Shown here piece by piece: positions 1 to 11,699 of a stretch of DNA of 64,000 nt (within the stretch, counting starts at the first letter, position 1; each line of letters begins with the position of its first letter). A model generated the notes under the pieces. It made no database searches, was not told where the DNA came from, and worked only from the letters and a program-made list of their open reading frames with translations. The DNA lies in assembly GCF_022539665.2 (NCBI RefSeq), contig NC_081333.1:2976001-3040000 (forward strand). Direction: 5' to 3'. Made by a program: the position numbers and the translations under genes. The DNA is from Daphnia carinata. Its lineage: Eukaryota.

Positions 1-34
1 AGATCATCGTTTAGATCAGCTCTACCAGCGTAAA

Positions 35-3000
35 TTGAACGATTCGATCGCCTCTGTTATCCAAGGCGAAGGTTCCCTTGAAGAAATCGACGAAGACAAG
101 CTACTGCACTCATTATCTGAATTAAAGATTAACGAAATTGAGCCACAAATTCAATCGCTTGTTCATCGGTTAACGTCCACAGCCGACGACGTTTGCCTGC
201 GTTATCTGAATGTTTTTCTTCAGTTAGCTGGTAGACTGCGACTAGAAGGTGTAATGCAACGGATCTCGTGGTCAGTTTTTTCACAAGCCCTTCAGCTTTT
301 TGTTTCCTTCGAGGCCACTCCAATTTTGAAGAAAGGCATCTACGATGTTGCCAGCGTCTGCCCAGAATTTCTCGATGCAATCGACGACTTCACGTCTGTT
401 TTAAACGCTTGCCTCAAATCCAAGTGGGATTACACATCCTTCTGCCTTCTTTTGGTTACTTCATCGAGCCAATTGTGCACTGCATTCGGTCAGTGGTGTC
501 TGGGACACAAAAAACGTTTAAAAGATGTCAACTGGAGGTTGCAAATCGTTCCAGCTTATCTCGCGCATGCTGCAGCCGACGACAAAGTTTTGGACATGAT
601 CCATCGATATATTTCTCCAGTACTGAAACAGCTGTTGGTCAATCGCTCCGATTTCCTTAAAGTATGTGAAGAAATTCCAAAATTAACGGAATTTCTCAGC
701 TTCATAATACCGAAACGTTGGAATGTGGAGGACTGCCATGAATTGGCCACACAACTGTTGGCAAACACCAAAAAAGGTTTCAGTTGTTCGCAGTTTGTTG
801 AAGCCGGTAGGCATGGCACCCATTATGATCTTCATGCCAAACTATGTCTCCATGCAACTGTTCGGCAGTTCAAATCGGAGAACCCAGAACCAAGTGAAGT
901 GCAGCGGCTCACCCAAGAATTCGATTGGCTATCCAAACAGACACAAGCTGATCTCCCTACCTTGGCCAAATGCATTGTTGAAGATGATGTTTGGGATAAA
1001 TTCCTCAAGTATACGCTGCGTATCGGTCTTCGTGCTCTCACTATTAGTGAATCACCTCTACCACCTTTGGCCCTGGGACTCATGACTAACGTTTGGCATT
1101 TACTTTTGGCCGGCCAAGGAGAAGAAGTGGCGACAGCATCACAAAAGGTACTTTATCCAAGGAAAAACAACGCGAACTGACCTTTAACATTTTCTGAATT
1201 TCGAGTGCAGGTCCATGAGATGGTTATCAGCCATTCGGAATTTATGACTGTTATAATGGACGAAAGGGAGACGTATACTGAGCAAAAGAAAGCAGTTTTG
1301 CAACTCTTGACCGTATTGATACAAGTGAATCCAAAAATTTGTCAAGGCAGTCAAATTCCTTTGCTGTTGTCCTCTTATTACGCAACCAGATCGACTTCCG
1401 ATCAACTTATTTTAGGATTGTTGCGGACCTACGAGAAAAATGGCGTTGTACTGTCGCCTTTCAAGTAAGAATTTGAACTGCTAGTTTTCAAATCAGCTAA
1501 TGGGTAATTTATGTTTTTGATTTATTTACAAAGGCCTTATTTATGGGGACCAGCGGCCGCTGCTCATTATTCAATTCAAAGGGGTGTAGCAACTCGGGTT
1601 GCTAAATTGCCAGAAGCTACTGAAGTGCTAGCTTTATTGAATAGCAAAAAGCTACTTCACACCGCCTATAATTTCCCCATCGAACTCAGGCTCAATGGCA
1701 TGGAAATTACTCGAGAAAGTGAAGACTACGATCCGCGTTTCACTCTTTTGTCATTAGTTCACATTCTCTCATCACAGTATGACGTCCAGTGTAGCAGGTT
1801 CTCGCAATCTGGAGCCATATCATTACTTTTCGCTACTCTCAGCAGCCCATGCAGTGATGTATAAGTTTCATTCAAATGTGTGGTTTTATAGCGTTATTGA
1901 AATCCGCCGTTTTGCTTGTAGATGAGATCGATCGGTTGGCTCGGTCTGAGCCGCCTTTATGACCAGCTTCAAAGTGCGACCGCTTGGCCGGAACGTTGCT
2001 TGTGGATTCACCTTATCAATTGCGTCCGTTATGGGTCTGCCGAGTACTTCAGAGAGCGATTCAATGGTGCTCGCCAGTTGCCTCCAAAACTTCCCAATAT
2101 TATTGCCCTGTTTCTTGCTAAAGCTGCGGCCATCATTCGCGATCCATCTCACCCCATGTACCGTGCAATCAACAACTTTCTGCTGGTAAAATCTTTTGGG
2201 GTTATAAATCCATTTTCTTTATATTACTATACCCTATTTTTTATTACTATTATGTATTCTATGATTTGGTATATCCTTTTTTTTTTTTAACTTTTTCTTT
2301 CTTTTTTAAGGTAAAATCTGCCATGGATGTAACGCAGGTTCCCGAATTTTTCGTCATGCTTCACAATACTGAACTTCCCGAACAGAGAGCGATTCAAAGA
2401 AGCTTCCTTTTCAATCTTCTACGCGACGGCATCAAGAGTCGACAAGACTATTTAGTTTGCGCCAGAAGAAGAGTTTTCCGAATCCTTCTGTCTCTGGAGC
2501 CGTCGAAGCTGTTGACCGACAAATCCGAAAAGGTTCGATTACCATTCGCTTTATTTTGAAATGTTAAACTGACTTTATGTTTATTTTTTTTTATTATACA
2601 GCGGCTCATATTGGAAATCGTTCAATCGTCGCTTCAAAACTCGATCATTGCTTACGACTTGATCCAGCACCGTGGCTTAATCATGTGGCTGGACAGCCTG
2701 TTGCTAGCCGATACCCTTGTGGACGAACCTGTTCAGATGGTATCGGTGGTTACGACAATGTGGGACACTCTCTACAGCCACATGCAGAAGAAAAGGACAT
2801 TGAAAGAGAAGGATGACAAGGAAGCGATGACAAAACTTGAAGAGGAAGTAGCGATGATGGAAGCAGAAGACGAAGGTGACAGTAAAACAAATTCCACCTC
2901 GGGCAAACCAACTGGCGATAACAAGACGCAGCCGACCAAAACCAATAGCAGAAAACCGATTTGGGATCAACTTCCAATGCAACACCACGTGATACCCCCC

Positions 3001-3453
3001 TGGATCATGTGTGAACTGATGCAGCTTTTGGTCAGTTTGTGGCATGTAATCTATAAAGCTGAACCAAACCTCGACACTTTCAACAAATATGTTCGAGTTC
3101 TCTGCGCTGCCGCTTCGCATATTCACGAATCCAGAAAACTGATTCACGCAGCCCAGGACAAGGATATGAAGGCCGTCCGGTTTGTTACACCTCCTGGTAT
3201 GTTGACCGTCAAACTGATGCGCCAGCTTGTTGAAGTATCGTCCCGTTTCGTAAGCAAACTTCCCGATCTTAAGGATCATTTGGCAATTGTTGAAAGTTCA
3301 AAAGCACAATCATCAGTCGATCCTATAGAATTAACGCGTAGTTGGGAAAGAAGACACAGCTACATGCGAGAACTTATGAACCATGAAGAACCAAATACTT
3401 TAACCAGATATGATGTTCATATGTTACTTTCCTTAGCTGAATGTGGAATTTGA
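35..3453 (+). CDS. URB1: Nucleolar pre-ribosomal-associated protein 1 (URB1/Npa1), 3' part, multi-exon; the 5' end lies outside the window
   Basis: ORFs 35-1180, 1205-1468, 1511-1864, 1922-2290, 2266-2559 and 2611-3453 join through GT-AG introns. Motifs LLSSYYATRSTSDQLILGLL, DYDPRF, PSHPMYRAINNFLL, VPEFF and LLRDGIKS..DY match the URB1 C-terminal region. Stop TGA at 3451-3453. Confidence 0.85.
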
Positions 3454-3588
3454 TTTTTAAAATGACTTTTTTTTTGCATACAACGAGAAACCCGTCATAC
3501 GGAATTTATTTTTATAATCCACTACAGCATAATTTTGCCATTTGATGTACATAATTTCTCCCACTATCACACAACCAATTAGAAACTT

Positions 3589-4633
3589 TTAGACGGGTTG
3601 CTTAAGAAGAGTGGTAAAACGGTCGATTTTGGAGGACAAACTCATGTCGATGTAACGATCTCCAATGGAAACTACAAGTCCACCAACGATGGAAGGATCT
3701 ATCTTGGTTGAAACGTTGAGAGTCTGTCCTTTTTGAAGGAAACCAGACAGCGCGGCAGTGACTTCCTTCAACGTGGCAGCATCCAAAGCCTGGAAAACGA
3801 GAAACACTAATCAATATATTCATAACAACTTCATGGATTAGATATACCTTGGCTGAGGTGATCTCACAAGTAACTTCACCCCTGAAGGCAGCCATCATGG
3901 TAAGAAAATGGTTAGTCACAACATCTAGCTTGGAAAGCCTTCCATTTTCAGCAAGAAGTTCTAGAATTTTAAAACCCCTAATTAATATTGAATGTGAAGG
4001 ATTGAGACCAAAACTACAAGCTTACGGAGAAAGTTTCCAGTTATGGAACTCATGTTCAACTTCTTGGCAACTGAACCAATAGCATCTTTCTTCAATGACC
4101 GCTTCAAGGTAGGATTGGAAATGAATTCCCCCAAGCGGGTATCTTTCGAAATGGTAGCTTGGAAGTCTTTCAACTCTTTTTCTACTTTATCCAAAGATTT
4201 TTGTTTGGAGGCAGCAGAGTAAAGAGCTGAAGCATAGCGACCATATAACCCAAAAACTTGGACTGGAGCCTAAAGAAACCTTGTAATTAGGTTACAACGT
4301 ACTTTTCATTGTATTCAAATGGTTTACCTTCACCAACTGGAGAGCTGATGAACTGGTGCTGAAGCTGCGAGCCTGAGAATATCAAAAGAGTTATTATTTT
4401 CTCTAATTAATTGCAATATATAACTATCTTCGAAAACAACCGGCTGTGGTCGCTAGCAATCAGCCGCTTTCACAAGCAAAACGGAATTCTATGTTAATAA
4501 ACTTAACTATTCGTTAAACGACGGATCCTTTCGCTACAATGCAAAAACAGTATTCTTACTATTGTAACCTCCCTATTTTGGTAATTAAAATGATTTTACT
4601 TACGAGCACTCCGAATTTCGTTGAGGCAGCCAT
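3589..4633 (-). CDS. ATP5PO: Mitochondrial ATP synthase subunit O (OSCP), multi-exon
   Basis: Spliced translation MAASTKFGVL|ARSFSTSSSALQLVK|APVQVFGLYGRYASALYSAA...LLAENGRL...EVTCEITSAK|...KIDPSIVGGLVVSIGDRYIDMS; ATG at 4633. Confidence 0.95.
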
Positions 4634-4815
4634 TTTAGTGGGTTCCAAAGTCAGTGTTGCCAGGTCGAGAAGGCACGATCTTGATGAAGAATTCACGATT
4701 CACGCCGTTAGGTGGCTTTTTGTCGGTGTTCCCAGCTGTGGTGGGTGTTTCATTTGACGGCATTTTTCCCGATATTCTTTTGTCGCATTCTTTCAAATTA
4801 CAAAGACTTAGCGAC

Positions 4816-5441
4816 ATGGTACGTGTTTTACATAAAACTAAGCACATTACAAATTACAAAAAGTTTAATTGTTATTTAACTTCAATCCAAGATTCGTTTT
4901 ATTTTGATCCAAAATCGTGCCGGCAAGACGAGGTTGGCAAAATGGTACATGAACTTTGATGACGATGAGAAACAAAAACTGATTGAAGAAGTGCACGCCG
5001 TTGTTACAGTCAGAGATGCAAAACACACAAATTTTGTTGAGGTAAATTTTATTACTTGACTGGTCCATGCATATATTAATACTTTGATCTCTGTTTCTAG
5101 TTTCGCAACTTCAAAATCATCTATCGGAGGTATGCTGGCCTTTATTTCTGCATCTGTGTAGATATCAATGACAACAACCTATGCTACTTAGAAGCCATTC
5201 ACAATTTTGTTGAAGTATTGAATGAATATTTCCACAATGTCTGTGAATTAGATCTGGTGTTCAATTTTTACAAGGTATAGCTATAATGGTTCCTGGAAAA
5301 TGTCAACCTAAATGATGAATTCTGCTATTTGCTCTATAGGTCTACAGTGTGGTTGATGAAATGTTTCTAGCTGGAGAAATCCGAGAAACCAGTCAAACCA
5401 AAGTTTTGAAGCAGCTTTTGATGCTCAGTTCTCTGGAGTGA
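4816..5441 (+). CDS. AP2S1: AP-2 complex subunit sigma; the first coding exon is ATG only
   Basis: ATG(4816-4818)|gt...ag|[19 protein letters not shown]...[17 protein letters not shown]...[44 protein letters not shown]. Not captured in the correct frame by the ORF track. Confidence 0.96.
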
Positions 5442-6585
5442 ATCACAAACATTCTCATTTAAAATATTCCTTTAAACCCATCTGAATCGTTAGGTTGATG
5501 TCTCGATGATCGTTCGTCTCTGTATTTTTGTTTGTTTTGCTACCCTGTACAAGATGTTAAACTCAGTTCACCCATGTTATTTTAATTATTTTCTGAAAGT
5601 TTTGGTTTTTAGTGGCCATATCCTATGAAGATTAAACTAGGGGTATTCCGTGTTCAAGTTTACCGTTCACCCGGTAAATTATCATGGTTTGTGTAACTCA
5701 TCTGGAAATACTACATCCGAAGCCCAATGAAAATGGAGCAATTTTGCCGTTAACTCATCTGAGAGATAACATTTTCTCATTCGTAACTTTTATTTATTTT
5801 ACCGGTCTGATCAATGCCGTGTTTTGCTCTTGCACAATTGGTATCAACCCAATTTTATTTTCCTGTCCTTCCCCTTCCCTTTTTTTTTCTCCTGATTTCT
5901 TTATATACATTCCTGCAGTCTATTGTCGATCTGTTATTTTCGGTCAACCGCGTTGAAGAAAGAGAGCGTCTATTTTACATCAACAGATGGAGTAGTATGG
6001 TATAGAATGATCTGCTAGAACTAAGTTATATGTTATGTCACGTTTTATGTTTTCTTTTAGGATGAACAATACGAGAAGTGGACGATATGGGAATAGGCAA
6101 TTAGCCAACAGGTCATCTACAGACGATGTGTGAAATCGATGGCCTCATTACAATCGGCTGAAACTAGTTGACATTCCCACAATCCAAGTATCAGCAAGTC
6201 AACGTACGAGTTAAATTTTGTCTAGGACGTCAGGTGGTCGCAATTGTTTTCTTAGTTCTTTCCGCTTTCCAGTTACCGCGTGGGGCGGGGTTTCAACATT
6301 CGCCTGGGGTAGAGCCGGTTTACCTGGAGCAACCTTCAACAAAACCAAACTGCGTAGATCGTGGGCCCCGATTTTAATACTGGCAGTCGTCTAAATATCT
6401 CGCGACTCGAGTTCGATCCGGGGACCTGGTTAACACGGTCTCATCCTTGCAGTATTTCGTCTGTGTTTTCTTAAAAAGGGAAGATAACAGCATCACAGTG
6501 GTCCAACCTTGGTGAAGAGTGACGACTGCAATCAATTTTTCTTTTAAAAGGAAGAAGGAAGCCACCGTGTTGTACAATTGTTATA

Positions 6586-6921
6586 ATGGCTACCAAGCTG
6601 AAGGCAATCATTCCTCCAGTAACGATTTCGCAACGTCCGCCCTTCACTAGTCGCGACGATGGCCAACAGTTAATCCGGAAATCTGTTCGCACAGCAGCTT
6701 CTAGCCGGCCTAAATTTTCCATTCGTTCAAAAAAATCGACATCAAAACATTCTAAAAAAGTTAAAAAATCTGATAAAACTCAGCGTTCAACATCTACACG
6801 GCAACCACCAGATTGGGATGCATTTGAACAATCAGAACCGCCTAGTGAAAACGCGAAAAAATCGAAAACCAAAAGTAGAAAGAAGAGGATATCATTGAAG
6901 GTACGTCAGATTCGTTTATAA
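6586..6921 (+). CDS. Hypothetical Lys/Ser/Arg-rich basic protein (possible exon)
   Basis: 111-aa ATG-initiated ORF with a good start context (ataATGG), strong K/S/R bias and a possible splice donor at 6901 (AAG|gtacgt). No recognisable family. Confidence 0.3.
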   Translation: MATKLKAIIPPVTISQRPPFTSRDDGQQLIRKSVRTAASSRPKFSIRSKKSTSKHSKKVKKSDKTQRSTSTRQPPDWDAFEQSEPPSENAKKSKTKSRKKRISLKVRQIRL

Positions 6922-9900
6922 AACGCCTTTGATTCAATCGAGTCGGAACTAGTCGGAACAAAAAATTCAGTGATCGCTGAACTACGCTGCCCGAAGGACA
7001 TTGGAAAGTGATCCGAAAGCGTGTGGACTGTGGATCGAGTAGCAGTTGCCCTTCAAAACATAGGGCGCCCTTAAGCTATTCTTTGCCCTTTCTTTTTTCT
7101 TTTTCTTTTTTTTTTCTTCCCTCTTTTACGACTAAAAAAATCCAGCGTTGTGCACGCACACGAGTTGAACAACAAGTACGTTTGTCGTTCACACTCGAGT
7201 CACATTGAGAAAGCAAGCAATCTCTGGGACGCAAAGTTTTCTTGCAGAGCCAGCAACAAACTTGAGCTTTATTCAACATCCGACTTCTTTTCAGTCGAGT
7301 CTTTTTACTCGCTCCTGTTCTGAACTTCGTTAAAAACAATGCATTCCCATAAGGTAACAGACAACACGAAACGTACTACACGTCAAAAGTTAACTTCGTG
7401 ACCGTTGTTAAATTGCCGTTGCAAATTTTGACGTGACATGTTTTTAAACTCTTGGCAGTCACAACCGGTATGTGTGTGTTTGTTTAGAAGAGGTAGCCAT
7501 TTTCTGGTGTGATAGTGTCACGTACGTCGAGCTTTGGGTCTGCTGTATGGCTTCAGTAGTGTGGCCTACTTTCGTTCTGTGTGTGAAAGCAACACAGCGA
7601 TAGAAAATAGCTGCAGCAAAGTTTAATTGTTAATTGTTCGTTTTTATTTTGGGTGATTTTTTTAGATTGTGAGAAAGGCCGGCAAACGTATCGAATGGTT
7701 GCTAAAAAAAGGTGCCAATTACTTTGGAATAGCCATCATAAAAATCTTCAATCAGCCTGGATTATACACTGAAGAGTCACGTACGTGCGTCTGCTAATTC
7801 AATGCTAATGGTATGCAATTATTCAACAAAGCGTTGTACAGAATTGCTAATACCTTCCTAAATTTTCTCTAAACCCATTGCACCATGATCAAATTCTGTC
7901 AGGATTTGATCCCTGTCAGTTTGGTTGTCAAAAAATGCTGTTAATTATGCCTTACCTTTGAATCGCCTTGTGAATTGTACGCTTCGTGTTTTTTTAAATG
8001 TCTTCCCTATTTCCATGGAAAACCACACACACAAATGACGACATTCTTTTTACCTTCGCTTGATTCGTGCTTTTGTCGAACGAGGATTCCATTTTTAATG
8101 CCATTTGGTTCCTCGATGAAAATTCTTTATCGTGTAAATGTATATTTTGGAAACTATCAAAATGATTTTATCTGTGTCGTCGAGAGTAAGGAAAAGGGAA
8201 CAAATTTTAATACAATTCAATAAAACAAACTTCTTTCTTGTCCAACGTTTCTTACAGTGGAATCATTTAAAAAGAATTTTGGTAGATATGGAATTAACAT
8301 GTACAGCATCGAAAAAGGTTACAATGACAAAATCACATGTTTGATAGCCCTTTTTTTGTTTAAAAGGTCGGGTGTAGATCTGCATCGTCCCCAGCCCAAG
8401 TTGGGAGTGATCCTGACATTTCCTGAGTCATCGTAAAAGGCACACCCTTGGTAGGGTATAGGCAATTATTCTTTTCGTGGAAGAAACCATTATTTCCGTT
8501 CAGAACCATGTTGACTGTAACCATCCTGATTGTGTCAATCGTTTTACAAGGTTTTTTACTTCGCAATTTTGTTTTCTGGCGGGCATGCTGCTGGTAGATG
8601 CGCTATCTAGTGACCGTGAAGATAAACTATGGCTGGTGGCCAAACTTAATTTTCGTGCTTCTCAAAAACGTTTGAGTTTGACGTATTATGCAATAAGACA
8701 ACGACATTGAACTTTTTTAGGAAAATTACACTCATGGTAAATATCCTGCTAAACCTTGACAAGTTCGTATTACATGCCATTTGGCAATGTCGCTTGGCAT
8801 GTTCGATTTCACCCTTTGATGTTCGTGAGCTGTAACTGTAAGTCGGTATCAACACCGACCACCAAATTAGTGCGGATCACGCGTTTACCCGTCGTATCCT
8901 GTTTACCTCGCACCTACGAGATAAATTTAGATGCATTTACACAGATACCAAAATATCATGATCAGCTTATAGCCTGTAATGCAGACCTGGCAGTCCTTGA
9001 AAATTGGCAGAACGTCTTTCGTGCCAATAAATTTAGACAATTCGAACTTTTCCGGAACTTTCTGCCTTTTATTTACTCCTCAGACGAAGATATGTGATCT
9101 TTTCCTATGGGCTTTAGTTCTCATCCAACTTATTCCTCATATGCTACGTCATTTTTTTTTTGTCAGGTAATCCATGCGTCCTGAAAGGAATGGCAGACGA
9201 TATTCAATTTTGTCAGCCTTCTGCATAACGCGTTTTGGTCGTTTTCCTTGCTGCCAAATGGGAAATTTGAATCTACGATGGTTGTATGAGTCGCACAGGT
9301 ATGGTAAATTTTTATGCAAAATGTGGCAACTTTTGAACGACTGCCACCATTTCTGTTTCAAGGGTTAGGGTAAGGAATTACGTAAACAGACGACAGCCAT
9401 CAAAGCCCATTTTTCTTTCGAGAATGTCACAAATCGTACAGACTTCTGAGTTGCAACAAGTTTTCTGTCCTTAATTCAACATGTTGGCGGACACCAGGTG
9501 TATTAGCAGTTGGCACCCGGACTCTCAAGCTGCGTAACAGTGTACGTGGCTATGTAGTATGTATCTAATGCATATCGTCACGTGCGTGAATCACTATTTC
9601 GACATTCTTACGCGTCATACTCTAAATGCAATGCATTCGACACAGCTGCAGTAGGAGTACCAGACCTGGCTTTTCAATTCAATGCCGTGACTAAGAAGAA
9701 AGCTAAATGCATACTGAAAAGAATAACTGTAAGTTAGTTAACACTCTATACATAGACAAACAATCTATTTTGTGGCCATGGGCTTTTCAAGACCCGCCAC
9801 ACAAAAAGTGGTGAATCTTTTGTTAATCAACATGCCGATGGATTCTCTCGTGGTTTTGACATTTAAGAGGTATAATCTTACATTAAATAAGTTTTTTGGT

Positions 9901-11079
9901 CTTTATGGTGATATATATCAATTGATAATAGTAGGTTACAGGTTTTGAATGTGGCCAAGTTCATTACCAATTGCTAAGCAATTATTTTGCTGCAACAGTA
10001 AAATGACAGATATATTATGGACTTTTGACACCTTTGGGAAACCCGGAATCTTAGTGGATTTTTCACTGCTTTCTATTGTCCTATCGAGATTCAGTTGTTA
10101 CGGAGCATACGGTCATCGTTTTAGTCACAAAAAGAAAGGTAAGGATAAGACTTTCATTTCAACCTTAAGCTCTCATGGTCCTCGAATAGTCTGAAGAAAA
10201 GACGCGTAGCTACTTCCTGACCGCACTTCAGAAACTCCACATTAGTTGAAAGCTTGTTTTCAAGAAAAAGCTTATTAAAGGAGCTGGTAACGTGAATTTC
10301 CTAAGCAGCAAACAAAGTAATTTTGATTCGAGGTCAATTCTTCAGATCGTTTAAAAGCTATCACTATTTGCTGTCAGAAAAGAGCTTCTTGTTTTTGTTC
10401 TTTTCCTCTTAAAACACCATCTAGCGGTCCCAATAAAAAACGCCTTCTTCTAGTCCGTAAAGCGCCAAATTTTGTTTTCTTCCGTTTAGCCTTTTCGTAA
10501 CGAACTAAATCCTTGTGGTTTGTGTATTAGATACGGATGTCCCAGCATGATTGAAACTTACAAATTTATAAGATACAGAAAGAGACAAAAATGATAAGGA
10601 AGTGATACGAGCTGTCTCTGGGGATTACTCGTCTCCATGTCAGTAGTTGTGATTTAGGTACAAAGTTCAAACTTTTTCTATTCTAAAAACAATCCCCTTC
10701 CCTTTTGAATCGTCGGACTACGTGCGGTAGCATAACAATACCGATGGGAACCGCCCTTTTAGGGGTTAGTAAACACAGTGGTCGTAGATGACCACTCTGT
10801 CTTATGTGTTTCCAAGGCCTACTTGTGTTATCTGGGGGTTGTAATCAGTCATTCGACCTCCTGCGACCTTGCACCAACCTAATTCGTTTCTCCCCCTCTT
10901 TCAACAGTTTTATGGGGAAAAAAAAGTAAAAGCAAATAGTATGCGCCCTCTGTCCAGCTTGGTGTAGTAGCCAGTGTTGGTATATAGACGCAGTTACTTG
11001 CACTTTTCTCCATAAAACATTCGGAATTGACGACGTGAATTCCTCTGTGTTGCTCAAAAGTCATATAATTTGTGATATA

Positions 11080-11699
11080 ATGGATATTTTCGGTAGTGCG
11101 TTGATAAGTCCAACTGTTTCCTGGGCTGTCAATCGTAACATCTCAACAAAGAGTCTCAAACGAAATCACGAACAAGACGACGAGGATAATGGTGAACCTG
11201 ATCAACAGGAACGATTGGGTAAATACCCGAATTATCGAACCGGTGGTAAGAAATGAAAAATTGTATTAGTTTTTTTTTGTTTGGTTTTTACATCTCTTCT
11301 TCATTTTAAGTTTTAGCGGAAAACCTGTTTAGGAAAAGTTCTTCGTTCCGAGGTAAATTTAAAGAATTATTTCGCCGGGCCGGTGGTTCTTCAGAAGAGT
11401 CTCAGTCGCTGCTCATTACTAGCAGATCGAAAAACACACCAGTCATCCCACGTGATGTAACTAGCGTAATCAGTTGTCTCCAATCAAGCGACGTTGTTAA
11501 TCCTGATATCTGTTGAATTTTCTAGAAAATCAAGATTGCCGGAAAGCGATTACGGAAAGCTCTTCACCAGTCAATCAAATATATGGCCATTGGGATGGAG
11601 AACATGGGCACGATGGTTTACATTTCAACTAATGTACCCAGTTCCGTGTACTATTGTCGCAATAATACCAGTTATGACCAAACTATGCCTTACTATTAA
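11080..11699 (+). CDS. Small three-exon protein (161 aa), possibly C1orf115/RDD1-like
   Basis: Exons 11080-11245, 11311-11456 and 11526-11699 are joined by 65 nt and 69 nt GT-AG introns into one open frame ending KIKIAGKRLRKALHQSIKYMAIGMENMG...MPYY*. Confidence 0.7.

Noticed and set aside
2704..3279. 191-aa antisense ORF within URB1, and similar antisense ORFs in MRCK and MSH6
   Set aside because: Shadow frames of real exons with no independent coding signal.
4376..4602. Longer first intron of ATP5PO as a possible snoRNA host
   Set aside because: No convincing C/D box pair or two-hairpin H/ACA layout was found by eye.
5919..6403. Exon-like fragments downstream of AP2S1
   Set aside because: Splice-like signals are present, but every join I tried hit a stop quickly, so there is no coherent model.
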